From positions 93,937 through 157,936 of the forward strand of contig CANLEQ010000007.1 in the NCBI GenBank assembly GCA_947489705.1: a DNA stretch of 64,000 nt, in the 5' to 3' direction. The position numbers were made by a program, and so were the translations under genes. Under the pieces are notes generated by a model that was given only the letters and a program-made list of their open reading frames with translations, ran no database searches and had not been told where the DNA came from. Positions 19,119-28,399 of this stretch are shown one piece after another (position 1 is the first letter of the stretch; each line of letters starts with the position of its first letter). Source of the DNA: an uncultured Rhodobacteraceae bacterium (GTDB lineage Bacteria; Pseudomonadota; Alphaproteobacteria; Rhodobacterales; Rhodobacteraceae).

Positions 19119-21189
19119 CATCTTCGGCCGACTGACATGGGCCGACGTGACGCTATTCGAGGTGTTCAAGGATCCCAGCATCGACACCGCCGTCGCCTCG
19201 GCCGCGGCGTGGATCGCCGTTCTGGGTGCCGTGGCGGTGGTGGCCCTCCTGACCTTTACCCGACGCTGGGGCTGGCTCTGGCGCGAATGGCTGACGAGCG
19301 TCGATCACAAGAAGATCGGCATCATGTACATGGTGCTCGGCTTCGTGATGTTCGCGCGTGGCATCTTCGAGGGCGTCGTCATGCGGACGCACCAGGCCAC
19401 CGCGCTCGACGGCGGAATCCTGACGCCGCACCACTGGGCCGAGCTCTTCTCGACGCACGGGACCGTCATGATCTTCTTCGTGGCGATGCCCTTCATCACC
19501 GGCTTCATGAACTACCTGATCCCGCTCCAGATCGGCGCGCGCGACATGGCGTTCCCGATGCTCAACCAGATCTCGCTGGGCCTGACCGCGGCGGGTGCCG
19601 CGCTGGTGATGATCAGCCTGGTGCTCGGGGTGTTCGAGACCGGCGGCTGGACCGCCTACCCGCCCTTCACCGGCGCCGCCTTCGATCCCGGGCCGGGGCC
19701 GGATTACTGGGTCTGGGCGATCGTCATCTCGGGGTTCGGGTCGATGTTCTCGGGCATGAACTTCGCCGTGACGATCTACAAGATGCGCGCGCCGGGGATG
19801 AAGTACCTGCACATGCCGGTCTTCTGCTGGACCGCGCTCTGCACGTCGATCCTGCTGACCTTCGCGCTGCCGCCGCTGACCGTCGCGGGGCTGATGCAGG
19901 GGCTCGACCGGCTGGCCGGGTTCCACTTCTTCACCAACGACCTCGGCGGCAACATGATGAACTACGCCAACCTCTTCTGGATGTTCGGGCATCCCGAGGT
20001 CTACATCCTGATCCTGCCCGCCTACGGCATCTATTCCGAGCTCACCTCGACCTTCGCGGCGAAACAGCTCTACGGCTACACGTCGCTGGTCTGGGCCACC
20101 ATGTCGATCGCGGTCATCAGCTTCTGCGTCTGGCTGCACCACTTCTTCACGATGGGGCAGTCGCCGACCATCAACGCGGCCTTCGGGATCGCGACGGCGA
20201 TCATCGCGGTGCCGACGGGCGTGAAGGTCTATGTCTGGATGGCGACCCTCTGGCGCGGGCGGATCCGCTTCACCACGCCCATCGTCTACATGGCGGGCTT
20301 CTTCATCCTCTTCACGATCGGCGGCTTCTCGGGGATCATCCTCGCCAATCCGGCGATCAACTATCAGGTCCACAACACCCAGTTCATCGTGGCGCATTTC
20401 CACAACGTGCTGTTGCCGGGCATGCTTTTCGCGATCTTCGCGGGCATCCACATCTGGTTTCCCAAGGCGTTCGGCTTCCGCCTTCACGAGACCTGGGGCA
20501 AGGTCACGGCCGCGCTCTGGATCGCCGGGTTCTCGATGACCTTCCTGCCGCTCTACGTGGTCGGGCTCATGGGGTATCCGCGCCGGTCCTCGGCCTACGA
20601 CAACCCCGAATTCGTGCCCTACATGATCGTCACGCTGCTCGGGGCCTTCGTCCTGCTGACCGCGTTCGCCGGCCTCGTCGGGACCTTCGTCGTCTCGATC
20701 CGCAACCGCCGCGACCTGGCGGTGCCGCTCGGCGATCCGTGGGACGGGCGGACGCTGGAATGGGCGACGCCGGCGCCCCCGCCGCACTGGAACTTCCCGG
20801 TGATCCCGCAGGTCAGGGCGCGTGACGCCTTCGCGCTCGAGAAGGTCGAGGGGCGGCCCTACGTGGTGCCCGAGGAATATCGCGACATCCACCTGCCGCC
20901 CAGCACGATGGCGGGCGTCATGTGCTTTCTCGCGACCACCGGACTGGGCTTCGCGCTGACGTGGTGGATCTGGTGGCTCGCGGCCCTCTCGGCGGTCAGC
21001 GTTCTCATCTGGCTGATCGGTCACTCGCTGCGCGACCATCCGCATGTGGTCATCCCGGCGAAGGAGGTGCACCGCTCCAACCAGGCCTGGATCGAGGCGA
21101 TCGATCTGGCGACGCCCGTCGACCGCGACCACGAGACGAAACGGATGAACCGCGGCTTCGCCGCGACCGACATGGCGGAGGCGACATGA
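19111..21189 (+). CDS. cyoB: Ubiquinol oxidase subunit I (haem-copper oxidase)
   Basis: WMFGHPEVYILILPAYG, HHFFTMG, VAHFHNVL histidine ligands. Start MDNIFGRL at 19111 overlaps the cyoA stop (ATGGATAA). Confidence 0.95.
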   Translation: MDNIFGRLTWADVTLFEVFKDPSIDTAVASAAAWIAVLGAVAVVALLTFTRRWGWLWREWLTSVDHKKIGIMYMVLGFVMFARGIFEGVVMRTHQATALDGGILTPHHWAELFSTHGTVMIFFVAMPFITGFMNYLIPLQIGARDMAFPMLNQISLGLTAAGAALVMISLVLGVFETGGWTAYPPFTGAAFDPGPGPDYWVWAIVISGFGSMFSGMNFAVTIYKMRAPGMKYLHMPVFCWTALCTSILLTFALPPLTVAGLMQGLDRLAGFHFFTNDLGGNMMNYANLFWMFGHPEVYILILPAYGIYSELTSTFAAKQLYGYTSLVWATMSIAVISFCVWLHHFFTMGQSPTINAAFGIATAIIAVPTGVKVYVWMATLWRGRIRFTTPIVYMAGFFILFTIGGFSGIILANPAINYQVHNTQFIVAHFHNVLLPGMLFAIFAGIHIWFPKAFGFRLHETWGKVTAALWIAGFSMTFLPLYVVGLMGYPRRSSAYDNPEFVPYMIVTLLGAFVLLTAFAGLVGTFVVSIRNRRDLAVPLGDPWDGRTLEWATPAPPPHWNFPVIPQVRARDAFALEKVEGRPYVVPEEYRDIHLPPSTMAGVMCFLATTGLGFALTWWIWWLAALSAVSVLIWLIGHSLRDHPHVVIPAKEVHRSNQAWIEAIDLATPVDRDHETKRMNRGFAATDMAEAT

Positions 21190-21809
21190 GCAATGCCAAA
21201 CCGATGAACGCCCATCCGGGGATGAATCTCGGCTATGGCGAAGGCGCCCACGACGCCGAGGTCAAGGTGTTCGGGTTCTGGGTCTTCCTGATGAGCGATC
21301 TGGTGACCTTCGGGCTGGTCTTCGCCATCTTCGGCACCATGGTCGAGGCGACGGCGGGCGGCCCCGGCCCGCGCGAGGTCACCAATCTGCACAGCGTGGC
21401 GATCCAGACCGCGCTGCTGCTGGGATCGTCCTTCGCGTTCAGCTGGGCGAGCCTGTCGATGAAGTACCACGAGGGACGCTGGCGCACGCTCTTCTATCTC
21501 AGCTTCGCGGCGACCTCGGCGCTGGGCTTCCTGATCATCGAATTCCTCGACTTCCGCCACTGGATCGAGATCGGCGCGGTGCCGCAGCGGTCCGGCTATC
21601 TCAGCGCGCTCTGGGCGCTCGTGGGCCTGCACGGCCTGCACGTGGCGGCGGGTCTTCTCTGGGTCGGCGCGATGACGGCGCAGATCCTGATCTTCGGGCT
21701 GACCGACGACATCAAGAGCCGCGTGACCCGGCTCGGCCTCTACTGGCACTTCCTCGACATCGTGTGGGTGGGGATCTTCTCGATGGTCTTTCTGGCGGGG
21801 ATCGCATGA
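21186..21809 (+). CDS. cyoC: Ubiquinol oxidase subunit III
   Basis: FGFWVFLMSDLVTF..., YWHFLDIVW. ATGA overlap with cyoB. Confidence 0.9.
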   Translation: MSNAKPMNAHPGMNLGYGEGAHDAEVKVFGFWVFLMSDLVTFGLVFAIFGTMVEATAGGPGPREVTNLHSVAIQTALLLGSSFAFSWASLSMKYHEGRWRTLFYLSFAATSALGFLIIEFLDFRHWIEIGAVPQRSGYLSALWALVGLHGLHVAAGLLWVGAMTAQILIFGLTDDIKSRVTRLGLYWHFLDIVWVGIFSMVFLAGIA

Positions 21810-22141
21810 AACCGAATATCAAGACGATGGTGCGCAGCGTCACCGGAGAGGAGAGCGAGGAGCGGAGCTTCTATTCGCTCGGCCTGGTCCTGTCCATCCT
21901 GCTGACCGTCGCGTCCTTCGCCACCGTGATCAGCGGCCTCGTCCCGCGGGACTGGATGATCCCCGGTCTGATCGTGCTGGCCATCGTGCAGATCGTCGTG
22001 CATCTGCGCATCTTCCTTCACATCGACCTCAGCCGGCAGAAGCGCGAGGATCTGCTGATGCTGCTCTTCACCGTCTTGCTGCTCGGCATCATGGCCTTCG
22101 GCACGTTGTGGATCATGTCGAACCTCGCCGTGCGCATGTAG
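21806..22141 (+). CDS. cyoD: Ubiquinol oxidase subunit IV
   Basis: 111 aa, three TM segments, position after cyoC with ATGA overlap. Confidence 0.85.
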   Translation: MKPNIKTMVRSVTGEESEERSFYSLGLVLSILLTVASFATVISGLVPRDWMIPGLIVLAIVQIVVHLRIFLHIDLSRQKREDLLMLLFTVLLLGIMAFGTLWIMSNLAVRM

Positions 22142-22237
22142 AGACACGGACAGATTACCGCAAAAGGTGCATTCGAACTGGATCCTCCCGGGATCTTCGC
22201 GCAACATCTCGATACCGAAATGAAAGGGACAGCCTAG

Positions 22238-22939
22238 ATGCAGATGAGCAGACGCGCTTTCCTCGCGGGTGTCTCGACATTCGCCCTCACCGCCGCCGCC
22301 TCGGCGCGCGAATATCGCGGGGGCATCCCGTGGCATCCCGGCGCCTCGCTTCCGCCGCCGGCCTTCGATCCCGACGACGTCTACTTCACCGCCGAGGAAC
22401 GTGCGTTCGTGACGGCGGCGGTCGATCGCCTGATCCCGGCGGACGACTTTCCCTCCGCCTCCGAGCTGGGCGTCGTGGATTTCATCGATCACCAGCTCGC
22501 CGGCGCCTATGGCCGCGGCGACATCTATTACATGCAGGGGCCGTTCCGCGACGGCCTGGCGACCCAGGGCTACCAGGCGCAGGCCCCCGCCCTGCTCTAT
22601 CGCCAGGCGATCGCCGATATCCGCCAGGGACTGGCCGATGCCGGCCAGCCCGATTTCGTCGAGCTCGGACCCGAGGAACAGGACCTCGTGCTGACGCGTC
22701 TTTCCGAAGGACGTGAGACGCTCGCACATACCGACGCCAAGACCTTCTTCGACACGCTGTGGCAGAACACGCAGGAGGGGTATTTCGGCGATCCCGTCTA
22801 TGGCGGAAACCGCAACATGGAGGCATGGCGCATGATCAATTTCCCCGGCGCACGCTACGATTACAGACCATGGATCGACCATGGCGGCGAGGCCGTCATC
22901 CTCGAGCCCGTTTCCGTAGGCGGAAGGATGGTCCCATGA
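22238..22939 (+). CDS. Small (gamma) subunit of a gluconate-2-dehydrogenase-type membrane-bound flavoprotein dehydrogenase, Tat-exported
   Basis: Twin-arginine signal MSRRAFLAG and ERAFVTAAVDRLIPAD, typical of subunit 3 family. ATGA overlap with the flavoprotein gene. Confidence 0.85.
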   Translation: MQMSRRAFLAGVSTFALTAAASAREYRGGIPWHPGASLPPPAFDPDDVYFTAEERAFVTAAVDRLIPADDFPSASELGVVDFIDHQLAGAYGRGDIYYMQGPFRDGLATQGYQAQAPALLYRQAIADIRQGLADAGQPDFVELGPEEQDLVLTRLSEGRETLAHTDAKTFFDTLWQNTQEGYFGDPVYGGNRNMEAWRMINFPGARYDYRPWIDHGGEAVILEPVSVGGRMVP

Positions 22940-24699
22940 CGACAATCCTTCCCCGCCGCGAGGTGCTGATCGTGGGGTTCGGCTGGACCGGTGCGATCGT
23001 GGCCGAACAGATGACCCGCGAAGGGCTCGACGTGATCGCGCTCGAACGCGGGCTTTGGCGCGATACCTCGACCGACTATGCCGTCAACAACGCCCAGGAC
23101 GAGGTCCGCTATCGCTACCGCGACGAACTCTTCGAGGATCTGAGCCGCGAGACCCTGACCTTCCGCAACGAGGGCGGCCAGGAGGCGCTGCCGATGCGGA
23201 TGCTGGGCTCGTTCCTGCCCGGCACCAATGTCGGCGGCTCGGGCGTGCACTGGAACGGCCAGACATGGCGCTTCCTGCCCACCGATTTCCAGGTCCGGTC
23301 GCACAACATCGAACGCTACGGCGAGGATGCGATCCCCGAGGACATGACGGTCCAGGACTGGGGCGTCACCTATGACGAGCTCGAGCCGCATTACGACACG
23401 TTCGACAAGCTTTGCGGCATCGCCGGCAAGGCCGGCAACCTGGGCGGCGAGATCCAGGATGGCGGCAACCCGTTCGAGGGTCCGCGATCGTCGGAATATC
23501 CCAACCCGCCGATGGAGATGGTCGCCGCCCCGCTCAGATTCGCCGATGCGGCGCGCGAGCTCGGTTATCAGCCGTTTCCGGGTCCCTCGGCCAACATGAG
23601 CCAGGCCTATACCAACCCGCTTGGCGTTTCTCTCGCGCCCTGTTCCTATTGCGGGTTCTGCGAGAAATACGCCTGCGGCAACTATTCCAAGGCGACCTCC
23701 GCCACCACGATCCTGCCGGCCTTGATGCAGCGCGAGAACTTCACGCTGCGGACCGGCGCCATGGTGCTGCGGGTCGAGACGCGCGACGGCCAGGCCACCG
23801 GCGTCACCTACGTGACCACCGAGGGCGAGGAATTCTTCCAGCCCGCCGACATGGTGTTCCTCTGCACCTATATCACCCACAACGTGAACCTGCTGATGCA
23901 GTCGGGGATCGGCGAGATCTACGATCCGCAGACCGGAGAAGGCCAGGTCGGGCGCAACTACGCCTATCAGGCAATGTCGGGCGCCAACGTGTTCTACGAC
24001 CAGGATTTTGCGGTGAACCCCTTCGTCGGGGCCGGCGCGCTCGGTCAGGTGATCGACGAGTTCAACGGCGACAATTTCGACCATACCGGCCTCGGCTTCA
24101 TCGGCGGCGGCTACATCGCGCAATGGCAGACCAACGGCCGCCCGATCGAGCATCATCCCGTGCCCTCGGACACGCCGACCTTCGGCCTCGGATGGAAACA
24201 GGCGGTGCGCGAGAACTACAACCACACGATCGGCGTCGGCGCGCACGGGGCGGTGCATTCCTATCGCGGCAACCATCTCGATCTCGATCCGACCTATCGC
24301 GACGCCTATGGCCGGCCGCTGATGCGGCTGACCTTCGATTTCAAGCAGAACGACATCGCCATGTCGAACTACCTCACGGACCGCGTGGCCGAGATCGCGC
24401 GCGCCATGGGGGGCCGCCGCGTCGATGTGAGCCCGCTCAAGACGCCCTACGACATCACCCCCTACCAGACGACGCACAACACGGGCGGGCACATCATGGG
24501 CGACAGTCCCTCGAACAGCGTGACGAACAAGTACAACCAGAGCTGGGACATTTCGAACCTGTTCCTGATGGGCGCGGGCAACTTTCCGCACAATCCGGGC
24601 TACAACCCGACCGCCACGGTGGCCGCGCTCGCCTATCATTCTCTGGCCGAGATAAAGCGCAGCTATCTCCAGAACCCCGGACCGCTGGTGCAGGCATGA
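22936..24699 (+). CDS. GMC-family FAD flavoprotein (large subunit) of the membrane-bound dehydrogenase
   Basis: VLIVGFGWTGAIVAEQM Rossmann motif; length 587 aa; C-terminal GMC region ...TTHNTGGHIMG. ATGA overlaps on both sides. Confidence 0.9.
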   Translation: MTTILPRREVLIVGFGWTGAIVAEQMTREGLDVIALERGLWRDTSTDYAVNNAQDEVRYRYRDELFEDLSRETLTFRNEGGQEALPMRMLGSFLPGTNVGGSGVHWNGQTWRFLPTDFQVRSHNIERYGEDAIPEDMTVQDWGVTYDELEPHYDTFDKLCGIAGKAGNLGGEIQDGGNPFEGPRSSEYPNPPMEMVAAPLRFADAARELGYQPFPGPSANMSQAYTNPLGVSLAPCSYCGFCEKYACGNYSKATSATTILPALMQRENFTLRTGAMVLRVETRDGQATGVTYVTTEGEEFFQPADMVFLCTYITHNVNLLMQSGIGEIYDPQTGEGQVGRNYAYQAMSGANVFYDQDFAVNPFVGAGALGQVIDEFNGDNFDHTGLGFIGGGYIAQWQTNGRPIEHHPVPSDTPTFGLGWKQAVRENYNHTIGVGAHGAVHSYRGNHLDLDPTYRDAYGRPLMRLTFDFKQNDIAMSNYLTDRVAEIARAMGGRRVDVSPLKTPYDITPYQTTHNTGGHIMGDSPSNSVTNKYNQSWDISNLFLMGAGNFPHNPGYNPTATVAALAYHSLAEIKRSYLQNPGPLVQA

Positions 24700-25925
24700 A
24701 ACATCTCCTGACCCCCATGATCCTCGCCGCGATCCCGCTGGCCATGCCCGCCCTGGCGCAGGACCAGAACACCTGGTCGTCGGTGCAGCGCGGCCTCTAT
24801 CTCACGCGGATGGGCGATTGCGAGGCTTGCCATACCGTCGAGGGCGGCGAGTGGATGGCCGGCGGCTTCGGCCTGCCCACCCCCTTCGGCGTCATCTATT
24901 CCGCGAACCTCACCCCCGACGAGGAGACCGGGATCGGGGCCTGGTCGGCCGACGATTTCTATCGCGCCATGAACGAAGGGATCAGCCACGACGAAAGCCG
25001 GCTCTATCCCGCCTTTCCCTATACCAACTTCACGGTGGTCACGCGCGAGGACAGCGACGCGATCTTCGCCTATCTCCAGACGATCGAGCCCGTGCGCAAC
25101 CGCATCCCCGAGCCCGAGATCCCATTCCCGCTGGACATCCGCACCTCGATGCGGGGCTGGAACCTGCTCTTCTTCGACGAACGCGATTTCGAACCCGCGC
25201 CCGAGAAATCCGAGCTCTGGAACCGCGGCAAGTACATCGTCGAGGGGCTGGCGCATTGCTCGGCCTGCCACAGCCCGCGCAACCTGCTGGGCGCGCAGCA
25301 GGGCGGCGCGGCGAGCTATACCGGCGGCCATGCCGAGGGCTGGTACGCGCCGAGCCTGCGCGATACCGGCCCCCACGAGGGGATCGGCGAATGGTCGGAC
25401 GACGACCTCGCCGCCTTCCTCAAGACCGGCCGCAACGGGCGCACCGCCGCGATCGGCCCGATGGCCGAGGTCGTCCAGAAGTCGACGCAGTACCTGACCG
25501 ACGAGGATATCGCCGCCATCGTCGCCTATATCCGCGACCTGCCGTTCGACGAGCCCGAGATCGGAGACCCCGAGCCGCTCGCGGAGTCCGACGGGATCAT
25601 GATCGCCGGGGGCGAGATCTATGCCACCCAATGCGCCGCCTGCCACGGGATCGAGGGCGAAGGCGTGGAGCGCATGTTCGGCGCCCTCGCGGGCTCGTCG
25701 CTCGCGCAGGCGACCGATCCGACCTCGCTCGTCCACATCATCCTCAAGGGCGCGCGTTCGGCCGTCACCGACGCCTATCCCACGCCGCACGCCATGCCGG
25801 CCTTCGACTGGAAGCTGACCGACGAGGAGGTGGCGCAGGTCGCGACCTTCGTGCGCAATGCCTTCGGGAACGCGGCCCCCGCCGTCAATCCCGGCGAGGT
25901 CAGCGAGATCCGCGACGAAGAATAG
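24696..25925 (+). CDS. Trihaem cytochrome c subunit of the dehydrogenase
   Basis: Signal peptide plus three CxxCH motifs (CEACH, CSACH, CAACH). Confidence 0.9.
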   Translation: MKHLLTPMILAAIPLAMPALAQDQNTWSSVQRGLYLTRMGDCEACHTVEGGEWMAGGFGLPTPFGVIYSANLTPDEETGIGAWSADDFYRAMNEGISHDESRLYPAFPYTNFTVVTREDSDAIFAYLQTIEPVRNRIPEPEIPFPLDIRTSMRGWNLLFFDERDFEPAPEKSELWNRGKYIVEGLAHCSACHSPRNLLGAQQGGAASYTGGHAEGWYAPSLRDTGPHEGIGEWSDDDLAAFLKTGRNGRTAAIGPMAEVVQKSTQYLTDEDIAAIVAYIRDLPFDEPEIGDPEPLAESDGIMIAGGEIYATQCAACHGIEGEGVERMFGALAGSSLAQATDPTSLVHIILKGARSAVTDAYPTPHAMPAFDWKLTDEEVAQVATFVRNAFGNAAPAVNPGEVSEIRDEE

Positions 25926-25944
25926 CCCCGCCCGTCCCCCGAAC

Positions 25945-25962
25945 CCCGCGCCATCGCGCGGG
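25945..25962 (+). terminator. GC hairpin after the cytochrome c gene
   Basis: CCCGCGC / loop CATC / GCGCGGG, followed by CTTCC. Short stem, weak U-tract. Confidence 0.4.
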
Positions 25963-26002
25963 CTTCCGGGGGGAGCGGCGCACCAACACGGAAGAGGCCA
26001 GA

Positions 26003-28309
26003 ATGAGCGACGTGAACGATCTTCCGAAAAAGAGCGGCCCCGCCGGCGGCTGGGGCTCGATGCGCGGCATCAAGGAGGTGCTCGCCTCCAGCCGGGCGGA
26101 ACCCGGCGCCTTCCAGACCCTGCATCGACAGAACAAGCCGCGCGGCTTCATGTGCACCTCCTGCGCCTGGCCCAAGCCCGCCAATTACAAGCAGTTTGAG
26201 TTTTGCGAGAACGGCGCCAAGGCGACGCTCTGGGAATCGACGCGCGACCGCTGCACGCCCGAATTCTGGAACGACCACACCGTCACGGAGCTGCGGAGCT
26301 GGAAGGATCACGACGTGGAGCGGACGGGGCGCCTCACCGCGCCCCTGCGCTACGATGCCGAAACCGACCGCTATGTCGAGGTCGGCTGGGACGAGGCCAT
26401 CGCCGGGATCGCCGAGGTCCTCAAGACGCTGAAATCCGACGAGGTGGTGTTCTATTCCTCCGGCCATGCGGGGCTCGAGGCCTCGTATCTCTACGCCCTC
26501 GTGGCGCGCCTCTTCGGCACCAACAACCTGCCGCAATCGTCGAACATGTGCCACGAGACGACCAGTGTCGGCCTCAAGGAGGTGATCGGCTCGCCCGTCG
26601 GGACCGTCATCTGGGAGGATCTCGAGGCGACCGACTGCTTCTTTTTCTTCGGCCAGAATCCCGGCACGAACTCGCCGCGCTTCCTGCATCCGCTCAAGGA
26701 GGCCAAGAACCGCGGCGCGAAGATCGTGACCTTCAACCCGCTGCGCGAACAGGGCCTCGTGTCGTTCGTCGACCCGCAGAACCCGCTGCACATGGCGACG
26801 GGCCACGAGACGATCATCTCGGATCAGTATCACCAGGTCCGCGCGGGCGGCGACGTCGCCGCCATCCTCGGGATCTGCAAGGCCGTGATCGAGGCCGACG
26901 ACGCCGCGCAGGAAAAGGGCGGCGCCCGCATCCTCGACGTGGCCTTCATCGAGGAGCACACGACCGGCTTCGACGCCTTCCTCGATGTCTGTCGCAAGAC
27001 GCAATGGCCCGATATCGTGCGCGAGAGCGGCCTTGCCGAGGAGGATCTGCGCGACGCGGCCGCGACCTACATGGCGGCCGAGCGCGTCATCGGCGTCTAC
27101 GGCATGGGCCTGACGCAGCATGCGCATGGCGCGCTCAACATCGGCATGCTGGTCAACCTCATGATGCTGCGCGGAAATATCGGCCGCAAGGGCGCGGGCA
27201 TGTGCCCCGTGCGCGGCCATTCCAACGTGCAGGGCCAGCGCACCGTCGGTATCGCCGAGAAGGCCAACCTCGTTCCCATGGACCGCCTGCGCGAACTCTT
27301 CGACTTCGACCCGCCCACCGAGGACGGGACCCATATCGTCGACGCCGTTCAGGGCCTCTTCGACCGCAGCATCAAGGGCTTCGTCAGCCTCGGCGGCAAC
27401 CTCGTGCGCGCCGTGCCCGAACAGGCCAGGATGGAGGACGCCTGGGCCGGTCAGGAGATCAGCGTGATGATCTCGACCAAGCTCAACCGCACCCATCTCT
27501 TCCCGGCGAAACACGCCTATATCCTGCCCTGCCTCTCGCGCGCCGAACGCGACATCCAGGCGACCGGCAACCAGACCATCTCGATCGAGGACAGCTTCTC
27601 GATGATCCATGGCTCGATCGGCCAGCGCACGCCCGCCTCCGAGCATCTGCGCAGCGAGATGGCCATCGTCTGCGCGCTCGGCCGGGCCCTGAGCGGCGAC
27701 AACCCCAAGCTCAGATGGGACGAATGGCAGGCCGATTACGGGCTTGTGCGGGACCTGATCGAGGCGACCTATCCCGACGATTTCGGCAGGTACAACGCGC
27801 GTCTGCATACGCCCGGCGGCTTCTGGCGCGGGATCGCGGCGCATGACCGTATCTGGAAGACCGAACCCGGAAAGGCGATCTTCACCGCGCCCGACAGGCT
27901 CAACTCGGTCAGCTTCGACGATATGGAGGGCCGCTACAGGCTCATCACGATACGCTCGAACGATCAGTTCAACACCACGATCTACGGCTATTCGGATCGG
28001 TTCCGCGGCATCGAGGGGACACGCGACGTCCTTCTGATGAACGAGGACGACATGCGCGCGGCGGGCCTTGCCAAGGGCGATCTGGTGGCGCTCCTGTCGG
28101 ATGCCGAGGACGACGAGACGCGCCGCCTGGGCGGGCTGGCGGTCATCCCCTACGAGATCCCGCGCGGCACCGTCGCGTCCTATTATCCCGAATGCAACGT
28201 GCTGATCTCGATCGCGCATCACGACATCACGTCGAAGACGCCCGCCTCGAAATCCATCCCCGTCCGGATCGAACGCGACGGGGAAGGCCGCGAACGTCCC
28301 CGGATGTGA
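26003..28309 (+). CDS. FdhF/YdeP-family molybdopterin oxidoreductase
   Basis: N-terminal Cys cluster FMCTSCAWPKP...EFCENGAKA, NMCHETTSVGL, molybdopterin-binding and C-terminal barrel length (768 aa). Start MSDVNDL at 26003 preceded by GGAAGAGG. Confidence 0.9.
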   Translation: MSDVNDLPKKSGPAGGWGSMRGIKEVLASSRAEPGAFQTLHRQNKPRGFMCTSCAWPKPANYKQFEFCENGAKATLWESTRDRCTPEFWNDHTVTELRSWKDHDVERTGRLTAPLRYDAETDRYVEVGWDEAIAGIAEVLKTLKSDEVVFYSSGHAGLEASYLYALVARLFGTNNLPQSSNMCHETTSVGLKEVIGSPVGTVIWEDLEATDCFFFFGQNPGTNSPRFLHPLKEAKNRGAKIVTFNPLREQGLVSFVDPQNPLHMATGHETIISDQYHQVRAGGDVAAILGICKAVIEADDAAQEKGGARILDVAFIEEHTTGFDAFLDVCRKTQWPDIVRESGLAEEDLRDAAATYMAAERVIGVYGMGLTQHAHGALNIGMLVNLMMLRGNIGRKGAGMCPVRGHSNVQGQRTVGIAEKANLVPMDRLRELFDFDPPTEDGTHIVDAVQGLFDRSIKGFVSLGGNLVRAVPEQARMEDAWAGQEISVMISTKLNRTHLFPAKHAYILPCLSRAERDIQATGNQTISIEDSFSMIHGSIGQRTPASEHLRSEMAIVCALGRALSGDNPKLRWDEWQADYGLVRDLIEATYPDDFGRYNARLHTPGGFWRGIAAHDRIWKTEPGKAIFTAPDRLNSVSFDDMEGRYRLITIRSNDQFNTTIYGYSDRFRGIEGTRDVLLMNEDDMRAAGLAKGDLVALLSDAEDDETRRLGGLAVIPYEIPRGTVASYYPECNVLISIAHHDITSKTPASKSIPVRIERDGEGRERPRM

Positions 28310-28317
28310 CGCCCGCG

Positions 28318-28346
28318 CTCGATTGCCGAATTGTCTGGCAATCGAG
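28318..28346. repeat. Perfect 10-bp inverted repeat CTCGATTGCC-N9-GGCAATCGAG between ydeP-like and the TRAP binding-protein gene
   Basis: Read directly from the sequence, 9 nt after the ydeP-like stop and 54 nt before the next start. Either a terminator hairpin or an operator. Confidence 0.5.
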
Positions 28347-28399
28347 CGGACCGGCCGCTAGGCTTTCCTCCACGGGACGACTTTCAGGGAGGAAACCTC

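Noticed and set aside
19153-21132. 659-aa ORF antisense to cyoB, and similar very long antisense or out-of-frame ORFs (974-2266, 8209-9435, 9387-10805, 11484-12956, 11954-13933, 16266-17969, 18012-19187, 21740-22945, 22861-24639, 25775-28222, 43745-46138, 48457-50868, 57121-59025, 57654-60482, 61415-63505)
   Set aside because: All are extremely rich in Arg/Gly/Pro/Asp/His/Ala with no recognisable motifs. Each lies opposite or out of frame to a gene with clear family signatures. Long stop-free shadow frames are expected at this GC content.
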